NCBI GenBank assembly: GCA_001244265.2
Contig: CDLV01000018.1
Span: 558,001-622,000 of the forward strand
Direction: 5' to 3'
DNA from: Microbotryum violaceum
Lineage: Eukaryota
DNA: 64,000 bases
This document shows positions 38,660-52,614 of this stretch, piece by piece; positions within the stretch are counted from its first letter, which is position 1, and the number at the start of each line of letters is the position of its first letter. Position numbers and translations under genes: made by a program. The notes below the pieces were generated by a model. That model worked only from the letters and a program-made list of their open reading frames with translations, was not told where the DNA came from and ran no database searches.

Positions 38660-40180
38660 CTACTGCCCTCGCCCGCCCCTTGCTCCTCCCGTCCTCAACT
38701 TCATCCTCTCCTCCAGTACCATTCTCCTCCTCTCCACGCTTTCCATTCTCGTCCCGTGCTTCTGCATCCTCCATCTCCCACTGCTGATCATCTCCAAAAC
38801 CATCCCCGTGAACATCTCGATCGTCCTGCCCGCCCCTTCCTGTTCGCTGAGCTTGGCCTTGAGCTTGGGGAGGCCAAAGAGCCGTTGCAGTGTCGTGTAC
38901 TGGGCTTCCTCAATCGTGTCGCACCCGATTGCGTCGCAGAGCACGCCCCTTGCCGCGATCCAGACATTCCGCGAGTCAACGCAGCCGAAAAAGTAGTGGT
39001 CGGTGTCGTCCACCGGCGCTTCGCAGACGAGGCACGCGGGAGAAGTGTCGTGGTTCTGTTGGTGTTGCAGCTTGCGCGTCGGGGTGAAGCGGAGAATCAG
39101 CTTGAACCAAACTTCCCTCTCCCTCGCCGTCAGTGCCTTCGAGTTGACCGCCTTCCAAAAGCTCCTGAGGTCGTCCGGCTGCGGTGGTCCCTTGAGCCCG
39201 AGCGTGTTGGTAAAGGCCTTCGCGTTCAGGACCCGGCGGATGCGACGGATGGTGTACGGTCGAGCCATGTTCAGCAGCTTGTACTGGCTCGCCTGCTGTG
39301 GAAGCACCGGGTCCGGAAGGCGCTGCTCCATTGCGAAGCGGGCCACGGGCTTGGGGAGAATCGCCTCGAGCGGTGCGCTGGTGCCGATCCGGGGAGGCAC
39401 GTTGAGCCGTCCTGCCGCCACCGCCACCGCCAAGGGCGTGTTCTTGTGTCGATCGACAGTAAACCGGTACCAGGCCGCGATTGCCAGTCGCTGCGGGAGC
39501 CCGCGTCGATCGTACTCGCTGTTGTCGCCGAGCACATCCGCCGGCGGCGTCCAAAGGTGAAACCCCCCACCCGCATACAACTCGCGCCGGTAGAGATCCA
39601 CCACCTTCGGGTAGCCCTGGAGACGAAGGTAGTCAGGTATATGAACCGCGTCGATGGTCTGTCTCCCTCTGATGGGGGTGTGGAGGCTGCCGAGCAAGGT
39701 GGGAAGCGCGAGCAGGTTCGCGATGGTCAAGGTCCTCGGGTTGACCTGCGCGCCTTGCTGTTTCGGAACCCCCAATGCTGCTTGCCATCGGGGATGGATG
39801 TGGCCAGAGATCTCTGGCCAGGTCGAGGTCGGACTGAGCTCGCTGGAGAGCCGCGCGCGCAAGTCCTTGCCAGATCGCGCCCGAACCGCCGAGAAGAACG
39901 TCCCAGATCCGTGCCGCAACCGCGTCCACGACGTCCTGCATCCTGATCACCCCGAGTCCCCCTTGAGCTTGGCTGTGAACACGATATCTCTGCCGTAGCT
40001 GGTCCTGCCCTTGCCCCCACGGACGAAATCGACGAGCATGTCATCGAGCTTCTTGACGACTTCGGGCGGCGGGATGTCGGCTGCAAGGAAGTGCAGGATC
40101 TTGGGGATGGCGTACCGATTGACGTAAAAGGCACGGGTGTGGTGTGTGAGCCAGCGATGCGGCAAAAGGGAAAGACCAAA
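38660..40180 (-). mobile_element. 5'-truncated non-LTR retrotransposon (L1/Tx1-like ORF2 C-terminal part with zf-RVT), frameshifted
   Basis: Post-RT segment RWLTHHTRAFYVNRYAIPKILHF...LVDFVRG...K.KGGLG(V). C-terminal REVWFKLILRFTPT...CLVC...DTDHYFFGC...VW is a C-x2-C...H-x4-C zf-RVT knuckle. No introns. Frame changes near 39960 and 39800. RT core and ORF1 are absent. The 3' end beyond the stop codon is not defined. Confidence 0.85.
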
Positions 40181-40222
40181 AAATATGAGTACATATTGTG
40201 GTAAGATGCGGGCCCTGACGCA

Positions 40223-40293
40223 GCGCCGGTGGGTTAGGGGTATACTTGGACATTGCCATTGTCTAGACCTGGGTTCGAGTCCCAGTCGGCGCA
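40223..40293 (+). tRNA. tRNA-Gly (GCC), intronless
   Basis: Acceptor stem GCGCCGG/TCGGCGC+A, anticodon arm GGACA-TTGCCAT-TGTCT, T-arm CTGGG-TTCGAGT-CCCAG, 71 nt. Pol III terminator TTTTT at 40299-40303. Confidence 0.95.
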
Positions 40294-40553
40294 TTCGCTT
40301 TTTGCGGCTTTGTGGGTTTCAACTGTTGGACCACGTGTTCCTGTTGTAGACTCGCGCGTCGTAGGGCGAGAGAGTGGGCGAATTAGTAATCTCGGAGTTG
40401 AGCCTGAACGAGGGACGAGGAATAATATCGCGCGGGTATTCTCTCGTCTCCGAAGTCAAACGGCTGCTTAACGGCTGCTTCTACTCGCGCCACCAACTCG
40501 CTCCCGCTCTCGCTCTCGTTCTGCCTCATCCGCACCTCCCCATCTCCTTCAAC

Positions 40554-42942
<2,389 letters not shown>

Positions 42943-43568
42943 TCGGACCATCTCTTGTCTTTCTCTCTACATAGCCCCCTCCTTCGGTCTGTTACTAGTT
43001 TTTGTGTGTTTTCGGCATGGGCAATGGAGATCTGACAGGAAAGCCAGGCTGGTAGATTGGTGGGAGAGAGGCCCGAGTGCGGCCCGACATGTAAGACGGT
43101 TTCTAGGTTGAACTCTCGGTAGTCCAATCGACTTATTATGTTCCTCACAGGGTAGACAAGACACACATCATCATTTCGCTTTATGGGGTTCCAGTTGAAT
43201 CTGTGATCTGTCCGACTTTCGTGCGGACCAAAGTGTGGGTGGCGTTGCGCTTAGTGGGCTACGTCATCCTCGGGATCGAGGCGAGCAGGCCGATCGGCCG
43301 ATGCCGACGTTGCTTCTCGCTTCGAATACTCGCGGCGGCTCGATTGCAGCTTGACACTTTGATCTGGGAAGTGCAGGAGGGAAGGTGACGATGACGTAGT
43401 TTAGGCGGACCGTTCAACTCGGCCATGTTTTAGTCTGGCTAGCGGCACTGCTCGGTGGTTCTCCGATCTCTTTGGCCCCCACTTGTCGGAGCGAGTTTCT
43501 TTCCTTTCTCTACCCCCTCTCGCTCCGTACACTCCTGCTTCACCTACGAAATCTTCCCATCCTACGTT

Positions 43569-45013
43569 ATGAGCTCCGATCTTCAATTCAAAGGCTACGC
43601 CATCCATGACACCAAGAAGTTCACCGAGTTCAAGCTGATCGACTTCCAGTGAGTTTCCAACTTGATAGGATCTTTTTCCGATCCGATTCGTTCTCTCGGT
43701 CGCCACAAATTGCTCCCTCCGAGTCGCGGCGCCACTGCGGCTCAGATTGGGTCGGGCTACCGCTGGTTCAGACATGAAACACGATTGAGGAGCAATTCGG
43801 TTGTAAAACAATGTTAAATCTCACTTTGACTCCTTCCACCACTTCACTCAGGCCCAAGACTTTCGGTGATTACGACATCGAGATCAAGGTCAGTTTCTTC
43901 GCGGGCACGACGAGCATGTCTCAAATGTGACCGCCCGAGACTGACATTATCTAGTCACTTGCAACCCTTCTCGAAAATAGATCAACTGCTGTGGTGTCTG
44001 CTCTTCCGATGTTCACACCATCACGGGTGGCTGGGGTGAACCCATTCTTCGTGAGTCAAACCAAGATTTTCAGGCTCAGCGCACCAGTCCCAGTTCACCT
44101 TATTTAATCTCATCTTGTTGCGATTCTCCAAACAGCCATGATCACGGGTCACGAAGTGGCGGGTGTCGTTACCCGCGTTGGCTCCAAGCACTCGGGCGAG
44201 TTCAGGGTCGGTGACCGAGCCGGTGTCGGCGCCCAAGTCTGCTCGTGCTTCAAGTGCGAGCCTTGCAAGACCGACAACGAGAACTACTGCGTCACGGGTG
44301 GTGTCGAAACCTACAACGCCAAGTACGAAAACGGAGACATTGCTCACGGCGGTTACTCGACCGGTATCCGTGTCCACGAACGCTTCGTCTTCAAATTGCC
44401 CGACGCGCTTTCGGACGAGGATGCGGCCCCTATGCTCTGCGGTGGTCTGACCGTCTTTGCGCCGCTCAAGAATCACGGCATCAAGGAGGGCAGCAAGGTT
44501 GCGATTGTCGGTATTGGAGGACTCGGTCACTTTGCCATTCAGTTCGCCAAGGCTCTCGGTGCCGAGGTGACGGCTTTCTCTCACCAAGCCGACAAGGAGA
44601 AGGATGCGCGTGCGATGGGTGCCTCGGACTTTGTGTTGACGTCCAAGAAGGACTTTGCCAAGGACTACGCGCAAAAGTTTGATCTCGTACTCTCGACCGT
44701 CGACGAGGCTGCCGGATTGCCGATCGGCGAGTTGATTTCGATGTTGCGCCTGTTCGGTGTGTTCCACTCGGTCGGTCTGCCCGACAAGGCGATGCCTGAG
44801 CTCTTGTTCCAGGAGATGGCCCCCAACGGCGCGTCGATCGCGGTTAGCCACATTGGGTCCAAGAAGCAGGCCAACGAGATGCTTGCTTTGGCCGCCGAGA
44901 AGGGCGTCAAGACGTGGAAGGAGATCCTTCCGATGAAGGATGCGGGCAAGGGTGTGCAGGGCCTCAAGGACAACAAGGTTCGATACCGCTACGTCCTCAA
45001 GGTCGACATTTAG
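43569..45013 (+). CDS. ADH6: Zn-dependent NADP alcohol dehydrogenase (ADH6/cinnamyl-alcohol dehydrogenase family)
   Basis: CGVCSSDVHTITGGWG, GHEVAG, GVGAQVCSCFKCEPC..ENYC, AAPMLCGGLTVF, GIGGLGH and VRYRYVL. Confidence 0.93.
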
Positions 45014-45531
45014 ATTGAAGGTAACGAGTTGGGTTGAAGGATTCGATGCGAATTGCGAGGCTTGCGCGAGGTGGGTTGTTGTTTGTATAGTTCTCTAGTT
45101 GTTGCAGGAGATGATGAGAACGATGCAGTATCGCAAACAAAATTGAAATGAATGTACATATGCGAATCGGACCTTGTCGAAGCGAGCAGCGCACGTGAGG
45201 AGCCGAGGCTGTGGTTGAAACTTTGCGCGAGCTGAGCTGGGCACCCCACTGCATCACGCCGCCGGCTGATGTATTTTGCGTCGTCGAGCCTTGCTTTCTT
45301 TTATTCTTCAGAAAACTCGAAAAACACACGTTTCCACTCCCAGCTGTGGTTATGGTCCGTCGTGGCAGCTTCGGAGTGAATTCGGACTTAAGCGCCTGTT
45401 GACTCGGCACGGTTTCGCACGGCGCGCGAGAAGGCGCGGGTTCAGATTGGACAGACAGCGATCGAGTTCGTCCTTTGGTCACGCCTCAACTCCCTTACTG
45501 CTCTTGCTCCACCTTCCCTTCACACCCCAAC

Positions 45532-47631
45532 ATGACGCACACCCCAATGCGGTATCTGTCCACACGAGGCGGCGACGAGCGACTCACGTTCGAACAGGTC
45601 AGTCGGTCTCGGTCGTTCCTGACGATCTGTCCGATGTCTTGGCGAGCGTCGGGCGCAGTGGCAGCTTGCAGAAGCAACGGAATACCATACCGTAACCCAT
45701 CGAGACGATGCCCCGGTTCTCGTTGCCCTGGCTGCCTCGTCGTGGAAGCTGGAAGCTGGAAGCTGGAACGATGAGCCTCCTTGTCCGGCCCTAATCCCAG
45801 CTCAGCTTGATGAGCATCTTACACCCTTGAGACTCGTGCTGACCAGCTCCACAATTCTACCACAGACCGTCTTGACAGGTTTGGCACCCAACGGAGGGCT
45901 CTACATCCCCGAGCACCTGCCGCAACTGCCCGAGAACTGGGAATCCGACTGGGCCGAGTTGCCCTTCACCGAGCTCGCTCTCAACATCCTTTCCCTCTTT
46001 GTCGATGCCGACGAGATCCCACGAGAGGACCTCAAGCGACTCATTGAACGATCGTACGCCACCTTTCGCCACCCCGACATCGCCCCGCTGCACCAGACCG
46101 GCGAGCATGAATACGTGCTCGAACTCTTCCATGGCCCAACTTTTGCCTTCAAGGATGTGGCGCTCCAATTCCTCGGCAATCTGTTCGAGTACTTTTTGCA
46201 ACGCAAGAACGAGGGCAAGAAGGATGCTGAAAGGGAACGTTTGACCGTCGTCGGTGCGACGTCTGGTGACACCGGCTCGGCAGCCATCTACGGTCTGCGA
46301 TCCAAGCAGGACATTTCCATCTTCATCCTCCACCCCAAGGGGCGCGTGTCCCCCATTCAGGAAGCGCAGATGACGACCGTCACCGACGCCAACGTCTTCA
46401 ACTTGGCCGTCGAGGGCACCTTCGACGACTGCCAGGACATCGTAAAGGCGCTCTTTTCGGACGCCGACTTCAACGCCGAGTACCGTCTCGGTGCGATCAA
46501 CTCGATCAATTGGGCGCGCATCCTCGCGCAGATCGTCTACTACTTCTCTTCCTACTTTGCTGCGCGCAAGTTGATTGGCCCCGAGGCAAAGGTTCAATTC
46601 GCTGTACCGACGGGCAACTTTGGTGACGTGCTGGCTGGGTACTACGCCAAGCGATTGGGTCTGCCGTCGCAGCAGTTGGTCGTCGCAACCAACGCGAATG
46701 ACATCTTGACCCGCTTCTGGAAAACGGGTCGATACGAAAAGGCCGATTCGTCGACTTCCGAGACTCAGGCTGCTCAAACTGAGGTCGTCAATGGCTCGAC
46801 TGATGGTAAGCAAGCAGCCGCCGTCGCCGAGACCCTGTCCCCAGCGATGGACATCCTCGTCTCGTCCAACTTTGAGCGCCTCTTATTCTACCTCGCATTG
46901 GAAGGCTGCACCGCTTCCGCCGTCGCCAAGGACGGTGAAGTCGATGGTGGGCAAAGGGCAAAGGTTCGACTGGCGACTCAACATGTCGCCGAGTGGATGG
47001 ACAAGCTCAAGAATGAAGGGAGGGTCATCGTCCCTGATGAGGCGGTCAAGATCGCCCGTAGGGATATGATCGCAGAACGGTGTTCGGATGAGCAGGTGAT
47101 AACTTGTCACGCATCGGTCTCTCGTTCTAAACATGAATTCGTATGCTGATCACCTCGTGTCCATTCAGACGACCGCGACGATCCAACAATACTTTACTAA
47201 CGGAGACAGGTTCGGATCCTACGTTGCGGACCCGCATACCGCCGTTGGGCTTTACGTTGCCAACAAAGTCGCCAAGACAAAGTGGGCACACAACTCATGC
47301 CTTGAATAAAGGCTACGAGATGCTGATCAGTGTGCGCTTTCTCTTCGACAGTCCTTCTGATGTCTTTCAGATCGTGCTTTCGACGGCCCACCCGGCCAAA
47401 TTTAACGCCGCCGTCGCTGACGCCCTTCAATCGCAGCCTTCGTTCGACTTCAAGCGCGATGTTCTGCCCGAGGAATTCGAGGGTCTCTTGGAGAAGGAGA
47501 GGAGGGTCATCGACGTCAAGGGGACCAAACAGGCCGTGCAGGAGGTAGTAATTGAGCAGGTCAGGAAGCTGAGGTCCGTCGGGGGGAGTGAGGCCGCCAC
47601 GAAGAAGGCGGAGAACGGAGCGAGTTTGTAA
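45532..47631 (+). CDS. THR4: Threonine synthase, multi-exon
   Basis: MRYLSTRG, GLAPNGGLYIP, ELFHGPTFAFKDVALQ (PLP lysine), GATSGDTGSAA, NSINWARILAQ, PTGNFGD, DPHTAVG and STAHPAKF. Confidence 0.98.
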
Positions 47632-48027
47632 GGTGCATGTAATCGCCCTTGGAATCTGAAAAGCCACATTTTTGGAACCCATGCGAAGTAAGGGATTTCG
47701 GTTTTGTATCCTCCGCGTCTTCCAAACCTACGCCAAGTGGTGCCGCGCCTTCAAGTTGGTGAAGGGGCTGTTGAATCGGGTGGAGATATATGCGCCGCAA
47801 TCGTTGACATGCTTTGAAACGTTTGGAGGCAATTTTTTGTAGGGCGAATTATTGATCGAACGGCTTGGTGTCATTTGATATGTGTCTGTGCCTGTGGTAT
47901 CTGTGCGGATGCCCGTGCGTTTAGTCATTAGTCACTTTGGTATTGGAGTTTGCTCTGTTTAAGTTTTAAATTAGGGAGCGCGCGAGGCTTTCTTCCCGCG
48001 CGGCTGTTTACTCTTGGTAGCCTTCTC

Positions 48028-48255
48028 ATCACTCCCTCTACATTGTGGTCCTGACTTCTCGGCGTCGTGCACCCTCACCTATCGGAAGGTTAGTTACTGG
48101 AATACTTATTATCACTCGCTCTACATTGTGGTCCTGACTTCTCGGCGTCGTGCACCCTCACCTATCGGAAGGTTAGTTACTGGAATACTTATTATCACTC
48201 GCTCTACATTGTGGTCCTGACTTCTCGGCGTCGTGCACCCTCACCTATCGGAAGG
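48028..48255. repeat. 83-bp tandem repeat, about 2.7 copies
   Basis: CATTGTGGTCCTGACTTCTCGG recurs at 48041, 48124 and 48207. Copies are nearly identical. Confidence 0.95.
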
Positions 48256-49920
48256 CTTTACTTCCGCGCTCGTATCTTTTCTGCGATACTTTGGAATGTT
48301 CGCCATCTCGGTAAAGCGTCTGACGGTCATGAGCCAACGCGGAGTCGGCGCAACCGGTTGTGAGGTCCCACCTTTACCTGAAAAGCCGGTTTGGATCATC
48401 AAGAGCTTCCCTTCCTTCATATTGTCACTTTTACCTCCAGAAGTTATAATGAAGAAGCTGTTACTCCCCGCATTGCTCCTTGTTCTTTGTGCAGTTGGTC
48501 AACTCGAACGGCCTGGGCGGCTTCCCGAAAAGTCTGTCAACATGTGGTGTGCTCGGCGGCTTGGCCCCACTCGCTACTTCGGCAGAACGTTCGCGGTGAC
48601 ATGCGTATCATTGCAGAGGGACTTGACAAAGCCGTTTTTTGTTGTTGTTTGATCGCAGATCTGGCCCATGTGGAAGGACGTGTAAGACGGATGCTCGTAC
48701 CGGAGCATCCGATGGTTGAAGGCAAACTCACACCGGCTCAGTTGGTGCAAAGCACGTGGTAGCGCTCCAAGCGATAGTTCAGGAAGGTCATCGTCTGGGT
48801 ATGTAAGCGCGATCAGGGAATTCCAGGAATATGGGAAGCTGCCTGACTTCACACTGTGAAACCATGGTCTAGTACGACCCCTCCCCTCCGAGAAAGTCCT
48901 TGTCAACGCAATTGCGCCGTCGCGGGTAGAGCACAATTCCCACCCTGAGGTCGTGATGCGCCGGCACCGGTGACTATAAAGTCACCCCTTGATAACGACT
49001 GTTCATTCTAGTAATCTCTCTGGAGAAGTGGCGGGTCACTATCACAGGGAGATGTATGCTGCATTTTGTCCCACGTGCGGGGTGAAGCGCGACCTCAAGT
49101 CGGAACGATTTTTCAATGCGGGGCTAGCGATGTGAAGTGCAGAGGAGAGTCACCAAAGCTCCAGAAGTGTGCCTAGAGGAATTTTGAATCAAGATAAATT
49201 CACTTATGCAGATCTTCCCGATCCGAAGCTCGTTAGTGTAGGCTCGCCCCTGTTGTCGGGGGACGTGTCTCGCAATCATAGATCAAAAACCCCACGAGCT
49301 CGAAGGCCGATCCGTGCACGATTGTAGACCGCCGCTCTTCTCAATTCGGCGGGGGAAAAGAACGAGGTCCGTCGGCATCGAGTAATACGTCAAGTATATT
49401 ATAGCATCGAAAATTCATCACAGTTATTTCGGTTTCTTTGTGTAATCGAGGTCCTGTGCGCTGAGAAAGTCCCACTTCACCGGGAAGCCGCAGCGTAAAT
49501 AACCCCTCAATAGTCCAAGGGCCCGAACGGCGCAAGGCGTGAGGGTCCCGCTGCCGAATGGTCGATATCCGCTAATCACACGCCATCAGGGGGTCATCAG
49601 TAGAAAACGCGGAAGTTTCCAGAACCGGCGCAAAACCCGTCGGGCATCTCGCGAACCGTTTGGAGTCCTGAGCACGGTGCTCGAGCCTCGCGGTGTCGCA
49701 AACTCATCCGCAACCAAACCTTTGTCGCGGCTTGCCCCTCGCAGTAATGGCACCCCCTTTGGACACCTTCGACACCTTCGACACCTTCTTTTCCTTCTTG
49801 AACAGCCTCAAATCACTCGTTCGATTCTTCGCCAATTCTTTTGGAGCCATTTCACAGCAGGCGATTCTTCGAGCTGCATCATCTTTAGTCAACACTTGCC
49901 GAGCCCGATCCTTCACCCAA

Positions 49921-51824
49921 ATGGCATCATCGATCGTCGAAGTCAGTACTCTCCTCTCTGAGGGACTGGGCACGGAGGGGCAAGCGGAATGGATGAAGTT
50001 ATGTAGGTTCATCTCTCCTGTGCTCTGGTGGCTTGGTTCAATGTTTCTGATCTTTGATCCGACCTCGACAGATGGAGACTTGATGATCGAGGCTCTCGCA
50101 ACCAACAAAAACCCCTATCCGATAGCCATGGCTTCCGTTGAGAAAGGACTCTACCTTCGCGTTTCCACGTCGGTGATCAATCAGTTCCGGTTCCTCATTG
50201 CGCTATTTGCGGTATCACTGGCCTTCATCCTGCTCGGTTTTGTCTTGCGGCTCTTCCAAGGTCGATTTTGGCTCTATTACCGTATCGACTCGCGCGTCAC
50301 GATACCGAACATCCTCGTGCATTACAGCATCTGGGCTGTGATCTTTATCGGGTGTGAGTTGAGACCTATGTTGCCATTCTCCAACTTGAGACTCCGCACT
50401 GATAAACAAGCAAATTTCGCCCTCGCCCAGTGAGCATCTTTGGATTGGTTACAACCATCAAGTGTGCATCCGGCACCCGTACACCAAGCTGGTATATCAT
50501 TCTTCAAGGTATCTTACCCCTAGCGCTCTTTCTTGGGCAATACAGCGAGGTTTGGGCGACCGCAGCTGGCTATGCGATCCGCAGGTACGGAGTGCACAAC
50601 GGCGACCCGCTTTTGGTCTCGTTAGCATTCACCTTCTTGCCAGCACTGTGCCCCCTGGTCATTCTCGTCCCTTCCGTTACCACGTTCGTGCTCTCCGCGA
50701 AAAATTTTGGTCAAGTCGAGTCTTCGGGTGCCGCGGTCTTGCTGTCGCTGAAGATTTCTGCCGAGTCGTGGATCCCCGGCGAGGGCCTCGTGCTTTCGCA
50801 ACTCGAGCCGAGTTTGCACAACCTTGGACTCATGATGACTGCTGCCCGCTTGCACGGGCACTACATCAAGATTGCTTTCCTCTACACTGGTGTTTCTTTG
50901 TCCATCATGTTTGTAGTAAGTTTTCCCTGACTGTCCGAGATGACCCATCTTAATTTCTCCTGGCTTGAGCTGATTTATTCTCCATTGGGCTACATCATCT
51001 TCTCGAACATACAGTCCTACGTGACGGCCTCTCTGGTCGAAGTAGGACAGCTACGTAGTCAGGCAAAGCACTTGAAATCGATCGTGAGAATCGGAGCTGA
51101 GCCTGACACCGATTCTGGAGCACCTCCCCCCGCCGAGGGCTCAACCAAGGAAGCCGCCCATAGCTTCAATGATCGGCCTTGTGCTCAGCTCAGGTATGCT
51201 TGCATCAATTTATAGTCACTTTACGGGGCGAGGAGAATTAATTATGACAGAGCTTTCATGTGACACAGAGCACAATCCGAGCTCGTCGAATGGGCCGCCT
51301 CGAACCGACTCCTGACGGCGACGCTCATTTCTTTGACGCTACTCGTGAATGCCGCATTCGCTTTCTGGTTCACGACCAAGCCCATCGCGCTCGCCAACGA
51401 CAATCATCGTTTTTCGACCATTGTGCTCGTATCGGCCTGGGTGAACTCGATCTTGTTGGCCTTGGTCGCAATTCTGATCCTTTTCCGATCACTGGACGGC
51501 TCGAACCCGGCGGCGAAGCGGATGATCAAGATTTTGCCTTGGCTGACTCGTTTGCTCCCGCCCTCGGTCGGATTGGATCGTCTTCAAGAAGCGACGTACG
51601 AAGATTCGACCAGCACGAAGCTTCATAACCTCATCGAACAACCTACCACCGTAGTCGAGCTCAAGGCCAATACGGCGCCAGCGAACGAGGAACCCCTGTC
51701 TGAAAAGAGTGCGATGAACCATCTCCCCCACTCTGCTCGAAGGCACCCCCTTCATAGCTCCGGAAGCAGCGCGTCGAGTAATGCTGCAAAGTCAGGATCG
51801 ATGTCCCCTAGTAGACTTGTCTGA
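49921..51824 (+). CDS. Hypothetical multi-pass (about 7 TM) membrane protein, multi-exon; start uncertain (49747 or 49921)
   Basis: Successive hydrophobic helices across ORFs 49693, 50430, 50940 and 51333, separated by GT..AG introns. Polar C-terminal tail. Confidence 0.7.
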
Positions 51825-52614
51825 TTCGGGGGTGGGAAGTTGGGGCGGTTGCAAAAGGTTTGATACTCATCTTTTCTCGAATTCTGATCCCGGCCTGGAT
51901 CGCCGATCGTTTGATCAGCGAGGACGAAGGCAACCTTAGTCCGACTGGCCTCTGTGCATTCTGGTAGCGTTTTTGTGTATTATTTTGTGTATTTCAGAGA
52001 TCAGCTCCTTTCTTATGTCATTTACAAATTTTGTGCACTCGCTGAAGAGCTCCTTGGTGTAAGTCTTGATGCCAGGCAGGATTTGTAAAAAATGGACGAG
52101 AAGGCTCGGCGCGCTTGGCTAACAGCGGCGCCCCAGCATGCGGCAAATGACGTGGTCGGGAGCGAATGGCGCGCGCGCACTCGGGCCCAAAGTGGGCTGA
52201 TCGCGATTGATCGCATCGGCAGTCGATCGCTCGGTGCGGTGCCAGCGCCCAGCCGGGCTCCTCGTGTGCCCCCCGTGTGCCCCTCGTGTGCCCCCCTAGT
52301 GTGCCCCAGTGCACCCTCGCCCGCCCGCCTACTCCAGCCCACTCCTGCCTATCGGTCTGCGCCTGGGTCAAAGCCGCGGTCGCTTGCGGAGCTCGGTTCC
52401 GTACCTCCTCCTATCGTCGGCTGCTCCTCTCCTCAGGAGATACCTGAACTGAACGGTAATCACTTGTGCGCCCTTGCGGCCGTATGCCCGATTCTTGCAC
52501 AGCGCTTACCTCCTTCCCTCTTGTGCCTCCCCCACCTAGCGTCCCGTCTCGGCCCGTCGTTCTTGGATCGGCCCCCATCGACATCGATCTCGATTTCGCC
52601 GTCCCTCTTTAAGA

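Noticed and set aside
37950-40200. TATGAGT as the LINE target-site duplication
   Set aside because: It is only 7 nt and not positioned at a defined poly(A) or element boundary.
45808-45845. TGATGA...CTGA in the THR4 intron as a C/D snoRNA
   Set aside because: The spacing is too short, the CTGAC is the branch point and there is no recognisable rRNA guide.
48028-48255. CRISPR-like array
   Set aside because: Whole units are identical, with no unique spacers.
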